Notes: generated from the letters alone by a model not told the origin. 64,000 nt of DNA from Clostridia bacterium (GCA_017620205.1 JAFZQX010000010.1:5534-69533), one strand, 5' to 3'. Shown: positions 18,869 through 28,520, counted from the stretch's first letter. Numbers and translations are program-made.

Positions 18869-18900
18869 AAAGGCTGAGGCAATTTTTTGCCTCAGCCTTT
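18869..18900. terminator. Bidirectional terminator between the SDR gene and the HD-GYP gene
   Basis: Perfect hairpin aaaggctgaggc-aatttttt-gcctcagccttt. Confidence 0.6.
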
Positions 18901-21279
18901 TTAAATACTCGAATAATATTCTTCGATTTTCGGACGGGCTTTTTCAAAATACACCAAAATTTTGCTGTCAAATTGAGTGCCGTCGCCGTCCATAATTATC
19001 TTATGAGCCTCTTCAAATGACATTTTTTCTTTATACACGCGCTTTGAAACAAGTGCGTCATAAACATCGGCAACCGCCATGATCCGCGCTTCTATGGGTA
19101 TCTCTTCGCCCGTGAGTTTTTCGGGATAGCCTGTGCCGTCATAGCGCTCGTGGTGGTAATGCGCCATGTTTATGGCTATTTGTCTGAACCTTTCGTTATC
19201 AACGCTTTCTACGATCTGTGAAAGAATGCGCGCGCCTTCTTTTGCGTGAGTTTTCATAACCTCATATTCTTCCGGCGTAAACCTGCCGGGCTTGCGTAAA
19301 ATAGCGTCGTCAACGGCGATTTTGCCGATATCATGCATCGGCGCGGCGTTTATTATGCAGTCGCAAAACTCATCGTCTAACTCAAGACTTTCGTCTTTTT
19401 GCATCTCTTCCGTCAGAATCTTGACGACATCGCTCGTTCTCTTTATATGGCCGCCCGTGGAATTATCGCGGCTTTCAATCATGGTAAGCATTCCTATTAC
19501 AAAGTTTTGCTGCAGATCAGCTATGTGCTTGTTCTTTGTTTCAACATCGGTTTTCAATGCGGTCTCGTATTTTTTCATGGAGAAATAGTTGCTGAGAAAC
19601 CCGCCGACTGAAATGGCAAACAAGCTGAGTACCACTATAAGACCTTTGATATTTGTCATATTCAGTCTTTTGGTTAAGACATCCATATACTCGCTTTCGC
19701 TCATTTCGAGAATTTCTTGCGGTACTGTTTTGTCATGGTATGCATGAAAATCATTTAATACATTTAAAGTCGATTCCTGTTCAAGCTTGTCCATCCATAA
19801 AATTCCCAGCAAAAGGATAATGGACACCAATACAATCCATACGATAATAGCTTTGCCGAAATGCCTTGCGCGGTCTTTGGAAATTACACGGTGGAAGAAT
19901 ATCATACCAAAAACCGACCAAAGGATAAATAAAAGATACGTTTCGGAGCTTAAAGAATCGGAGCGCAGACCCGGAATGAGTATAAACACGCCAAAGACAA
20001 ACATTGCTATTAAAACAATGAGCCCTGCGGCAAAACTGCTTTTATTGTTATCCTGCTTTGCGCATTTCATTGCAGCAGCGGCAACAAACCCGTAGAGAAA
20101 AACAGCAATAATTGTTGTAACGTCAACAATCCAGCCAATGGCAGAGCGCCCGAGGAAAAGTATGAATAACGAAATCGAGCCGACGAACAAAATATTATTT
20201 GCCGGAATTCCTTTTTTATTAAGGTTTGTAAATCTTTCGGGAAGTATTGAGTCCTTACCGATTACGCGCATCATGCGCGAAAGAGCCCATATATTTGAAA
20301 TAAGACTTGTTGCTATAAGTGCAAAAAGCGAAAAGAAAAGCAAAGTTATGCCGAAACCGCCGAGATAATAACCGGCGGCGTAAAACGCGGGAAGCGCCTT
20401 GAGGCCGGAAAGATTGCCTAAATCGTTTATATATTCAACCCAGCTGCCGTATTCCGGGGGATACGCCGTAACGGAAAGAAGCGTTACAAAAATATACAGA
20501 GCTGTTGTTATGATTATGGACAACGCCAAAACCCCGAAAACACGTTTTTTGGGGAAATTAAACTCAGTTGACGAGTGCGTAACGCTTTCAAAGCCTATAA
20601 ACGCCCATGGAGATACAGACGCTATTTTTGCAACTTGAGCAATTGGCAGGCTGTCGGGTGCAAAAGAAGGGTTAAACCCCGAAGAGCCCGATAAAAAACG
20701 GATTATACCGACTATAAAGCAAACAGAAATACCGGTAACAAATACGGCGGCAAGGAATACCATTGCGTTTGCCGTTGCTTTTTTGCTGTTTATCATGATA
20801 AATACGGTAAGTGCTATAACAGAAGCTGTCAGAAGCAGCTCGCCGGCGTAGATTTCATATCCGAAAATAGTATAGAGATAGCCAAAACGGAATACGTCTC
20901 CGAAAATGTAGCGCACAAAAAGCGGAACCGCCGTAGCGTTTGCCCAAAAGATAGAAGCATAAAGCAAAAATACAAACCAGGAGATTAGAAAAGCACGGTC
21001 GTAGCCGAATATTTTTTTCGTAAAAAAGTATACGCCTGTGCCTTCCGGATAACGGTTTGCAAGATAGTGATAGTTTAGACATACCAAAAGCATGATAGCG
21101 GCGCCTGTTAAAAGGCCCAAAACGGTGCCCCAAGGTCCCGCCTGTTTAAGATATGTGTTGCTGGTGACTACCAGCGACCCCCAGCCGACGCTTGTGCCTA
21201 CGGCAAATGCCAAAACTGTTAAAGGAGACAATATGGGTTTTAGTTCCTGAACGGATGAATTAGATTTCATATTTTTCAC
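18901..21279 (-). CDS. c-di-GMP phosphodiesterase: N-terminal about 12-TM amino-acid-permease-like (APC-fold) domain fused to a C-terminal HD-GYP domain
   Basis: C-terminus carries HDIGKIAV...HHERYDGTGYP (HD-GYP). The N-terminal 500 aa are polytopic and resemble an amino acid permease (VLAFAVGTSVGWGSLVV...). Confidence 0.7.
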   Translation of the reverse strand: MKNMKSNSSVQELKPILSPLTVLAFAVGTSVGWGSLVVTSNTYLKQAGPWGTVLGLLTGAAIMLLVCLNYHYLANRYPEGTGVYFFTKKIFGYDRAFLISWFVFLLYASIFWANATAVPLFVRYIFGDVFRFGYLYTIFGYEIYAGELLLTASVIALTVFIMINSKKATANAMVFLAAVFVTGISVCFIVGIIRFLSGSSGFNPSFAPDSLPIAQVAKIASVSPWAFIGFESVTHSSTEFNFPKKRVFGVLALSIIITTALYIFVTLLSVTAYPPEYGSWVEYINDLGNLSGLKALPAFYAAGYYLGGFGITLLFFSLFALIATSLISNIWALSRMMRVIGKDSILPERFTNLNKKGIPANNILFVGSISLFILFLGRSAIGWIVDVTTIIAVFLYGFVAAAAMKCAKQDNNKSSFAAGLIVLIAMFVFGVFILIPGLRSDSLSSETYLLFILWSVFGMIFFHRVISKDRARHFGKAIIVWIVLVSIILLLGILWMDKLEQESTLNVLNDFHAYHDKTVPQEILEMSESEYMDVLTKRLNMTNIKGLIVVLSLFAISVGGFLSNYFSMKKYETALKTDVETKNKHIADLQQNFVIGMLTMIESRDNSTGGHIKRTSDVVKILTEEMQKDESLELDDEFCDCIINAAPMHDIGKIAVDDAILRKPGRFTPEEYEVMKTHAKEGARILSQIVESVDNERFRQIAINMAHYHHERYDGTGYPEKLTGEEIPIEARIMAVADVYDALVSKRVYKEKMSFEEAHKIIMDGDGTQFDSKILVYFEKARPKIEEYYSSI

Positions 21280-21380
21280 CTTGCATTATATTTTTTCTGC
21301 CCGGTTCAAAACTATAATTATATTATATTCTTCTTTTTTTGTTTTTTCAAGACTTAAGCAAAATTTATATAAACGCAGAT

Positions 21381-21412
21381 TGAAAAACAGGAATTAATAT
21401 GGTATACTGTAA
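21381..21412 (+). promoter_or_regulatory. Sigma-A promoter for the GNAT gene: TTGAAA-17-TGgTATACT (extended -10)
   Basis: The sequence ttgaaaaacaggaattaatatggtatact. Confidence 0.5.
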
Positions 21413-21439
21413 TCCGAAAAAAGGAGCTTGGAGTTTATT

Positions 21440-21895
21440 ATGATAGAAACAAAACGTTTAAAAATATATCCCGCAAATAAGAATCAAATGGAAGCTTTTA
21501 TTGCCGGTCAAAGCACGGATGTGCTTCGCACGGCTTATTCCGAAATGCTTGAAGGGTGCCTCTTAAATCCCCAAAAATGGGAATGGTATGCGATATGGAT
21601 GATTGAACTTAAAAACGGTACACATATCGGCGAATTGTGTTTTAAAGGACTTGATATAAACGGTGTTGCCGAAATCGGATACGGTATTTCGGAAGAATAC
21701 CAAAACCAAGGCTATGCAGCCGAGGCGGTTAAAGCGGTTTTGACTTGGGCGTTTAAAAACCCTGAGGTAACAGCCATAGAAGCTGAAACAGATGCAGAAA
21801 ATACGGCTTCAAAAAGGGTGCTTGAGAAGTGCGGATTTATTTTGAACGGTAGAATCGGGGAAGAGGGTCCCCGTTTTACAGTAACCCGTCCGTAA
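21440..21895 (+). CDS. GNAT family N-acetyltransferase (RimJ/RimL-like)
   Basis: Acetyl-CoA binding region (EIGYGISEEYQNQGYAAEAVKAVLTWAF). The ATG at 21440 follows RBS AAGGAG. Confidence 0.7.
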   Translation: MIETKRLKIYPANKNQMEAFIAGQSTDVLRTAYSEMLEGCLLNPQKWEWYAIWMIELKNGTHIGELCFKGLDINGVAEIGYGISEEYQNQGYAAEAVKAVLTWAFKNPEVTAIEAETDAENTASKRVLEKCGFILNGRIGEEGPRFTVTRP

Positions 21896-21921
21896 ATTCT
21901 GATTTGGAGGAGGTAGTTTTA

Positions 21922-22680
21922 TTGAACAACATCTTTTATGAAATGATATTTAAGAGAAAGTCGTTTCATATTTTCAGAAATGTCGGAAATGAATCTATAA
22001 GTGAGGACGAACTAAGCGATATACAAAAAGCATATTTAGATTTTACTCCCCTGAATCCCGAAATCAAAACCGCCATTTTCATTGTTCCCGAAAAGCAGAC
22101 TAACTGCAAACGGGGCGGAGAATACTGTATTCTGCTTTACAGCGAAAAGAAAGACGGCTATCTGCAAAACATAGGTTATCTCGGTGAACAACTCGACCTT
22201 TATCTTGTATCCCGAAATATCGGAACGCTCTGGTTCGGAATAGGCAAAACAAAAGAAGAACCATTTGAGGATATGGAGTTCGTTATTATGTTTTCCATCC
22301 GTAAAATCAGTAACGACTCTAAGTACCGTAAGGATATGTTTAAGAGCAAAAGAAAGAGCGTCGAAGAAATATGGGAAGGCGAAGAGATTACAGGTGTGAC
22401 CGATATTGTCAGGTTTGCCCCCAGTGCCTGCAACTCACAGCCTTGGATTGTAAAAAATATTGACGGCAAACTATCTGTTTATAGATACAAAAAACCGGGT
22501 AAAAGAGGAATAATGCCTGCGGATATGGTTTCATACTATAACCGAATTGATATAGGTATCTTTCTTTGCTTTATTGAAATCTGTCTTGAACATATCGGAA
22601 TAAACTATGAAAGAAAGCTTTATTCTGATGATGGCAGAAATAATGAATTAACACTTAATGCAAAGTATAAACTTGCTTGA
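21922..22680 (+). CDS. Nitroreductase-family protein (putative)
   Basis: N-terminal FKRKSFHIFRN resembles the nitroreductase RRS-R-F motif. TTG start 7 nt after GGAGGAGG; an ATG at 21943 is an alternative start. Confidence 0.4.
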   Translation: MNNIFYEMIFKRKSFHIFRNVGNESISEDELSDIQKAYLDFTPLNPEIKTAIFIVPEKQTNCKRGGEYCILLYSEKKDGYLQNIGYLGEQLDLYLVSRNIGTLWFGIGKTKEEPFEDMEFVIMFSIRKISNDSKYRKDMFKSKRKSVEEIWEGEEITGVTDIVRFAPSACNSQPWIVKNIDGKLSVYRYKKPGKRGIMPADMVSYYNRIDIGIFLCFIEICLEHIGINYERKLYSDDGRNNELTLNAKYKLA

Positions 22681-22791
22681 CAAATTCTGATTTGTGAGAT
22701 AAGGGGACGGAGCTGTTGTTTTGGGATTAAGACAACTGAGCCGCCCTCTTGCTTTTTGCAAAGAAAAACGGAGCAAAGCCCATTCCGACGA

Positions 22792-23355
22792 GGCGCGCTG
22801 TAAGGGATAAAGCCGCCTGCGGCGTCTTTCCTGCTCGGCGACCTTAAAAATAGTTAATCGCGAAAAAGTGGTAGCGAGCCAAAGGCGTTATGAGGGCGCT
22901 TGCAACCGAATAGCCGACGTGAGCGTGCTTTTTTGCGAAAGAGGAGGAGCAAGGGATCGGGCGGATGTTTTTATGTAAAGAAAAACGAAGCAAAGCGGAC
23001 TTCGCTCCGACGAGCCTTCGCACCACGCGCCTACAAAACATGCCACAGGCATATTTTGCCGGGCGGCGCGTGCCCCCTCGGTGTTCGAATCCCTTCCACC
23101 GCAAAAAAAAATATACCGCGCATACCGGGTGATATACTCGGGATATTGGCGCGCTGTAAGGGATAAAGTTTTGCTTCGCAAACCTTTCCTGCTCGGCGAC
23201 CGAAAGCCTCGCTTTCAGTACCCGCCTTCGCACCACGCGCCTACAAAACATGCCACAGGCATATTTTGCCGGGCGGCGCGTGCCCTCTCAGGGTTCGAAT
23301 CCCTTCCACCGAAAAAAAATATACCGAGCATATCGGGTGATATACTCGGTATATT
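22792..23355. repeat. Tandem degenerate repeats (one 356-bp unit, then one 208-bp unit), each beginning with the tRNA-Arg 3'-end sequence GGCGCGCTGTAAGGGA and ending with the tRNA-Arg terminator hairpin
   Basis: GGCGCGCTGTAAGGGA occurs at 22792, 23148 and 23356. A roughly 150-bp segment (cttcgcaccacgcgcctacaaaacatgcc...gggtgatatactcgg) is duplicated with a few mismatches. Inside each unit there is a tRNA T-arm-like GGGTTCGAATCCCTTCCACC. Confidence 0.7.
23312..23353 (-). terminator. Rho-independent terminator immediately 3' of tRNA-Arg
   Basis: Minus strand shows hairpin aatataccgag...ctcggtatatt followed by an 8-T run. A second copy lies at about 23104-23147. Confidence 0.6.
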
Positions 23356-23431
23356 GGCGCGCTGTAAGGGATTCGAACCCCTGACCTACTGGTCCGTAGC
23401 CAGTCACTCTATCCAGCTGAGCTAACAGCGC
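23355..23431 (-). tRNA. tRNA-Arg: tRNA-Arg (anticodon ACG), CCA encoded
   Basis: Minus strand reads GCGCTGTTAGCTCAGCTGGATAGAGTGACTGGCTACGGACCAGTAGGTCAGGGGTTCGAATCCCTTACAGCGCGCCA. Anticodon loop CUACGGA. Confidence 0.85.
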
Positions 23432-23512
23432 AAAAAAATCAGCAAAATTTATTATAGCACACTTTGAAACAAAAAGCAAATGTTTTTTAAAAAAATTTTT
23501 ATCCCGTCTTCT

Positions 23513-23546
23513 TTCGACATATTTTTTCAATCATATATGGTATAAT
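23513..23546 (+). promoter_or_regulatory. Putative spoIIE promoter: 0A-box TTCGACA, 22-bp spacer, TGgTATAAT -10
   Basis: TTCGACA at 23513-23519, the complement of the Spo0A box TGTCGAA. Extended -10 atggtataat at 23541-23546. Long-spacer architecture like Spo0A-activated sigma-A promoters. Confidence 0.4.
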
Positions 23547-23579
23547 TTTGGAAAAATATGGAAAAGGAAGGCTGATATT

Positions 23580-25880
23580 TTGGAATTGGGGTTATACGGA
23601 AACAATAAAACGGACGCATATGAGAAAGGCCAAAAAACCGGCATCAAAGAAAAGCTTGCAAAAATAAACTATCTTAAAGCATCATACTTCGTTTTAATGT
23701 TTTTTTCATCGCGCATAATTCTGCCGGGCGGTATTATGCCTTTCGGACTTGCGTTTTTCGCGGCGGAATATCTGGACAGAGCACATGCTTTGCCGACGGT
23801 AATAGTCCTTTCTGCGGCGGCGCTCTCGCCCGAAACCATGCCGGCGGTGTTTAGATGCTGTGTTTCTATTGTCCTTTTTTCCGTTGCGGCAAGGAGATGG
23901 GAGATAGGGAAAGCACCGCTTTCAAAGGGAATTGTAATGAGCATTTGCGCGTTTTTGGCGGGGTTTATTCAAAAGGTCGGCGGGGGAATTTCACTTTATG
24001 ATGTTTCCGTGCTTATATTTGAATCGGGAATATTAATAATTTCCGTATATCTTTTTTCGGGTGCGAAAAGCGTCTTTTTCGGGGGCGGTGATACTAAGTC
24101 TTACGGTGCACAAGATATGATATGCATATCTGCTTTTTTGTCGCTTTCTCTCATAGGTCTGGGTCTGCCGCATGTTTTAGGGTTTGATCCAAACTGCTTT
24201 TTCTGCGCTTTGCTGCTGCTCGCTTTGGCATATAAAAACCCTGCCGCGACAGGCGCTGTTGCGGGGGTTATAATAGGACTTATATATGGGTTTTATGAAG
24301 GCAATATGTCTTTTATACTGAGTGCATTTGCGCTCTCGGCGGTCTTTTGCGGGTTTTTTGGGAAATTCGGCAGGGCGGCTGCGGCGTTGTCTTTTATAAC
24401 TGCATATTCTTTGGCTGCTTATAATTCGCTTTCGCTTTTATCATTTTTACTTATGCTTGAAGCCGTAACGCTTGCTTCACTCACGTTTATTTTACTGCCA
24501 GAAAAAGCGCTCCGGCCGTTTGCTTTTGTAAGCGAAAAAAGGCGTTCGTATGCGGACAAGCTCCGCGAGCTTACGTTTATGGACATAACGGACAGCGCGA
24601 ATGCTATTCATGATGTTGCGGAGATTTTTGAATCTGTTTCCGAAAACCGTCTTTTGGGCACGGAAGCGGCTGTATCGGGCTTTTTTGAAAAAACGGCAAG
24701 GAGGATTTGCGATGACTGTCCGCGCAAAAATACGTGTTGGAGACATGAGTTTCACAGAACGTATACATCGTTTTATGTTCTGCTTCAGCTCTGTGAAAAA
24801 AATGGGCGTGCAAGCCGCGCAGATATTCCCGATGAGCTTTTGACAAAATGTCAAAGGCGCGATAACCTTTGCGATGCGGTAAACAATATGTTTGAAGTAT
24901 ACAAAACGGACAAGCTTTGGGAAAGCCGCGTAAATGATAGCCGAATAATGCTTTCAAAACAGCTTATGTGTATTTCGGACAGGCTCTTAAAAACGGCGGG
25001 GAGAGTTAAATCCCCCGGCGCTTTTGATTCGTTTAAGGAGAGCAGTCTGTCAATGTATCTTTCCGAGCAGGGTATAAAAACAGAACGTATTTATGCGGTA
25101 AACAACCGCATAATTATCATTCTTGATAAGGGTGAAACGGACGCGCTTTTGGTTGACGGCGCAGTATCGCGCTGTCTCGGATATGAATGCCGGACGGTTA
25201 AAAGGCTCGGCAATGTTTTGTATCTTGCCCCTGCGCCGGGACTTAAAATAAAAGTCGGCAAAGCCGCAAAAAACAAAAACGACAATCCCCTAAGCGGCGA
25301 CAGCTCAAGCTGTATGTTTGTTGACGGCAATAAGTATTTTATGGCACTCAGCGACGGCATGGGCAGCGGAGAGCGCGCGGGCAGAGACAGCCGTGCGGCG
25401 GTTACGATAGCTTCTAAGATGCTGGCGGCGGGTTTTGATATAGAAAACACGGTTTCAATGATAAATTCGGTTCTCGTATTAAAATCAGCCGAAACATCTT
25501 TCGCTACGCTTGATATGGCTATAATAGATTTAAAGAGAGGTGTTGCCTCTTTTTATAAATCGGGCGCCGCGGCAAGCTTTATAAAAAGAGGAGAAAACGT
25601 TTTTCCCGTCTCTTCGGCGTCGCTCCCGTCGGGTTCGCTTCCCGGTGCGGATATAGAAAACTCATCCCATAAAATAAAAGAGGGGGACGTAATTTTCATG
25701 GTTTCGGACGGCGTTACAAGTGCGGGCGCAGCACGGATTTCCGAGATTATTTCAAAGATGGACATATCGTCTCCGGATGAAATGGCAATGAAGCTTTTAA
25801 ACAAAGCCGCCGCGCTCGGCGCGAATATTATAAGCGACGACATGACCGTTCTGGCTGCTTCTGTCGGCAAAGCGGGATGA
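23580..25880 (+). CDS. spoIIE: Stage II sporulation protein E (PP2C phosphatase, multi-TM N-terminus)
   Basis: About 10 N-terminal TM helices and a C-terminal PP2C domain (ALSDGMGSGERAG...DDMTVLAASV). TTG start after RBS AAGGAAGG. Confidence 0.8.
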   Translation: MELGLYGNNKTDAYEKGQKTGIKEKLAKINYLKASYFVLMFFSSRIILPGGIMPFGLAFFAAEYLDRAHALPTVIVLSAAALSPETMPAVFRCCVSIVLFSVAARRWEIGKAPLSKGIVMSICAFLAGFIQKVGGGISLYDVSVLIFESGILIISVYLFSGAKSVFFGGGDTKSYGAQDMICISAFLSLSLIGLGLPHVLGFDPNCFFCALLLLALAYKNPAATGAVAGVIIGLIYGFYEGNMSFILSAFALSAVFCGFFGKFGRAAAALSFITAYSLAAYNSLSLLSFLLMLEAVTLASLTFILLPEKALRPFAFVSEKRRSYADKLRELTFMDITDSANAIHDVAEIFESVSENRLLGTEAAVSGFFEKTARRICDDCPRKNTCWRHEFHRTYTSFYVLLQLCEKNGRASRADIPDELLTKCQRRDNLCDAVNNMFEVYKTDKLWESRVNDSRIMLSKQLMCISDRLLKTAGRVKSPGAFDSFKESSLSMYLSEQGIKTERIYAVNNRIIIILDKGETDALLVDGAVSRCLGYECRTVKRLGNVLYLAPAPGLKIKVGKAAKNKNDNPLSGDSSSCMFVDGNKYFMALSDGMGSGERAGRDSRAAVTIASKMLAAGFDIENTVSMINSVLVLKSAETSFATLDMAIIDLKRGVASFYKSGAAASFIKRGENVFPVSSASLPSGSLPGADIENSSHKIKEGDVIFMVSDGVTSAGAARISEIISKMDISSPDEMAMKLLNKAAALGANIISDDMTVLAASVGKAG

Positions 25881-25938
25881 TGTATATTAATTTAAAAAAC
25901 TGTATAAAATAACAACAAATAACAAACCGGAGGAATAT

Positions 25939-26196
25939 ATGAACGGAAAAACAAAAAAGTTTTTTTCACTGAAGAATTTCAAAATACTTAAGTCAAAACA
26001 TGAAGGCGGCAGCGGTTCTGAATCGTCAGGCGATATTGTGGCGGAGGCGGAGAGGATAATAGACACATATCTTTACAGAATAGGTTATGATAAAAAAGGA
26101 GGAAAACGGCAGAAAAAACCGTGGCTTTTGGAATTCTTTTTACCGTCATTTGTTATTGCGGCGGCGGTTTATTTTGTTGTGCATTTTATTAAATGA
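25939..26196 (+). CDS. Small hypothetical protein with C-terminal TM anchor
   Basis: 85 aa ORF with a basic C-terminal TM segment. No recognisable domain. Confidence 0.3.
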   Translation: MNGKTKKFFSLKNFKILKSKHEGGSGSESSGDIVAEAERIIDTYLYRIGYDKKGGKRQKKPWLLEFFLPSFVIAAAVYFVVHFIK

Positions 26197-26747
26197 GAAA
26201 CGTTTTAAAACCTTTAATTCTTTTGTTTTTAATATGTATTACGGCAGGCTGTTCGGGCGGAAAAAAAGAATTGAAAAAACAAACTGAGGCGCCCAAGGAG
26301 ACGGAGTGCGGCTCTTTTTATACGCAGATCTTAGATACCGATCCCGAAAGAGTGAATAACCTTAAAGTGTGCGCCGAAGCATTAAACGGCTTTGAAATAG
26401 CGGCGGGCGATGTCTTTTCGTTTAACGGCGCGGTGGGAGAGAGAACTAAGGCGAAGGGCTACGAAGAGGCGCGCATTTTAATAGGCGATGAGGCGGGGTG
26501 CGCCGTAGGCGGCGGAGTATGCCAGATAAGTTCAACACTCTATAACGCCGCGAAAAACGCGGGCATGGAAATAGTTGAGCGCCATAATCATAAAAACGAA
26601 GTGCATTATGTCCCGATAGGCAACGACGCCGCGGTATCTTACGGCACACTCGATTTTAAATTCAAGAATATATCGGAAAACACGGCAAAAATATATTTGT
26701 CCGTTGAAAACGGATATGTGTACGCCAAAATATGTATAGTTTCTTAA
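26193..26747 (+). CDS. VanW-like lipoprotein (putative)
   Basis: Lipobox LICITAGCSG. GGGVCQISSTLYNAA resembles the VanW domain core. Confidence 0.45.
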   Translation: MRNVLKPLILLFLICITAGCSGGKKELKKQTEAPKETECGSFYTQILDTDPERVNNLKVCAEALNGFEIAAGDVFSFNGAVGERTKAKGYEEARILIGDEAGCAVGGGVCQISSTLYNAAKNAGMEIVERHNHKNEVHYVPIGNDAAVSYGTLDFKFKNISENTAKIYLSVENGYVYAKICIVS

Positions 26748-26828
26748 AAAAAATAGCATATTTTCTTGCATATTCCGGATTTTATGTTATACTAATAATA
26801 TTAGTATTTAAATAAGGAGTTGCAATTT

Positions 26829-27449
26829 ATGAAAGTATTGCTTGTAAACGGCAGTCCCCACGAAAAAGGCTGCACATATACCGCGCTTTGCGAAGTAGAA
26901 AAAGCGCTTAAAAAACACGGAATAGACTCTGAAATCCTGCAGCTCGGCACAAAACCGATTGCCGACTGCGTTGCTTGCGGCACATGCTCTAAAACGGGAA
27001 AATGCGCGTTTGACGATTTGGTAAACGAAACCGTATCGAAAATGGACTCTTTCGACGGCGTTATATTCGGCTCGCCCGTATACTACGCAGGCCCGTCCGG
27101 CAGACTGACGTCGTTTATGGACCGCCTTTTCTACTGCGGCGCAAAGAAAATGCAGGGCAAACCCGCGGCTGCTGTTGTTTCGTGCAGGCGCGGCGGCGCA
27201 AGCGCGGCTTTTGAGAGAATAAATAAATACTTTTTAATGTCCAACATGCCCGTTGTGCCTTCGCAGTATTGGAACCAGGTTCACGGCGCGTGTGCGGACG
27301 ACGTTTTAAAGGACGAAGAAGGTCTTCAGACGATGAGAACGCTCGCGGAAAACATGGCGTATATGTTAAAGTGCATTAAAGCGGGCGAAGCGGCGGGAGT
27401 TCAAAAGCCCGAATACGAAGCTAAAATACGCACAAACTTTATCAGATAA
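26829..27449 (+). CDS. NADPH-dependent FMN reductase / iron-sulfur flavoprotein family protein
   Basis: Flavodoxin-like MKVLLVNGSPH...GSPVYYAGPSG with a Cys cluster. ATG follows RBS AAGGAG. Confidence 0.6.
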   Translation: MKVLLVNGSPHEKGCTYTALCEVEKALKKHGIDSEILQLGTKPIADCVACGTCSKTGKCAFDDLVNETVSKMDSFDGVIFGSPVYYAGPSGRLTSFMDRLFYCGAKKMQGKPAAAVVSCRRGGASAAFERINKYFLMSNMPVVPSQYWNQVHGACADDVLKDEEGLQTMRTLAENMAYMLKCIKAGEAAGVQKPEYEAKIRTNFIR

Positions 27450-27462
27450 GGAATAAAAAGTC

Positions 27463-28476
27463 ATGATTTTAGTACTTAAAGAGAAATACTCTAGGGAGGA
27501 ATATAATAAACTTACCGAAAGCCTCAAAAGCATGGGGCTCCAGCTTCACGAAAGCCGCGGCTCGCATACGACTATCATAGGCCTTATAGGCGACACAAGC
27601 GCGGTTGACGATGAGCATCTGGCGTCGCTTGACATAATAGAAACCGTAAAGCGTATTCAGGAGCCGTATAAAAACGCGAACAGAAAGTTCCATCCGCTTG
27701 ATACGGTTGTAAAAGTAGGGAATGCGAAAATTGGCGGCGGAGAAGTCTCGGTTATAGCCGGGCCCTGCTCGGTAGAATCAAAAGAGCAGCTTTGCTCCGT
27801 GGCGGAAGACGTTAAAAGAAGCGGTGCGGTGCTTCTTCGCGGCGGCGCTTTTAAGCCGCGTACATCGCCATACGCTTTTCAGGGGCTTCGCGATCAGGGC
27901 ATAAAGCTTTTGCTTGAGGCAAAAGCGGAAACGGGACTTCCGATAGTTACGGAGATTATGGATATTTCGCATTTGCCGCTTTTTGAAAATGTTGACGTTA
28001 TTCAGGTCGGCGCAAGAAACATGCAAAACTTTGAGCTTTTGCGTGAGCTCGGCAAAACTAAAAAGCCGATTCTTTTAAAGAGAGGACTTTCGAGCACCAT
28101 AGAGGAATTTTTAATGAGCGCCGAATATATCATGGCGGGCGGCAACGAAAACGTAATCCTTTGTGAGAGAGGCATAAGAACGTTTGAAAGAGCAACGCGC
28201 AATACGCTTGATTTATCCGCGGTAGCGCTACTCAAAACGCTTACGCACCTGCCCGTTATAGTTGACCCGTCGCATGCAACGGGAATAGCTTCGCTTGTAA
28301 AACCGATGGCACTCGCGTCCGTTGCGGCAGGCGCGGACGGTCTTATTATAGAAGTTCATAACGACCCGCCGCACGCGCTTTGCGACGGACAGCAGTCTTT
28401 AACGCCGCAGGCGTTTGACGACCTTATGAAATCGGTTAAGAATATTGAGCCATACGCATATAAAGCGCAGGCGTAA
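27463..28476 (+). CDS. aroF: 3-deoxy-7-phosphoheptulonate (DAHP) synthase, type I-beta with N-terminal regulatory domain
   Basis: GPCSVES...LRGGAFKPRTSPYAFQGL core. The roughly 70-aa N-terminal extension is not chorismate mutase. Confidence 0.8.
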   Translation: MILVLKEKYSREEYNKLTESLKSMGLQLHESRGSHTTIIGLIGDTSAVDDEHLASLDIIETVKRIQEPYKNANRKFHPLDTVVKVGNAKIGGGEVSVIAGPCSVESKEQLCSVAEDVKRSGAVLLRGGAFKPRTSPYAFQGLRDQGIKLLLEAKAETGLPIVTEIMDISHLPLFENVDVIQVGARNMQNFELLRELGKTKKPILLKRGLSSTIEEFLMSAEYIMAGGNENVILCERGIRTFERATRNTLDLSAVALLKTLTHLPVIVDPSHATGIASLVKPMALASVAAGADGLIIEVHNDPPHALCDGQQSLTPQAFDDLMKSVKNIEPYAYKAQA

Positions 28477-28520
28477 AATAATAATATCATGAATTTGTGT
28501 AAAGCAGAATAAAGAAAAGG

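Noticed and set aside
22844-23425. Several 88-135-aa ORFs on both strands in the tRNA-Arg repeat region (22844-23251, 22888-23181, 22900-23166, 23081-23425)
   Set aside because: Their internal amino-acid repeats (ACGMFCRRVVRR twice) simply mirror the tandem DNA repeat. There is no RBS or domain, and they overlap a tRNA and terminator hairpins.
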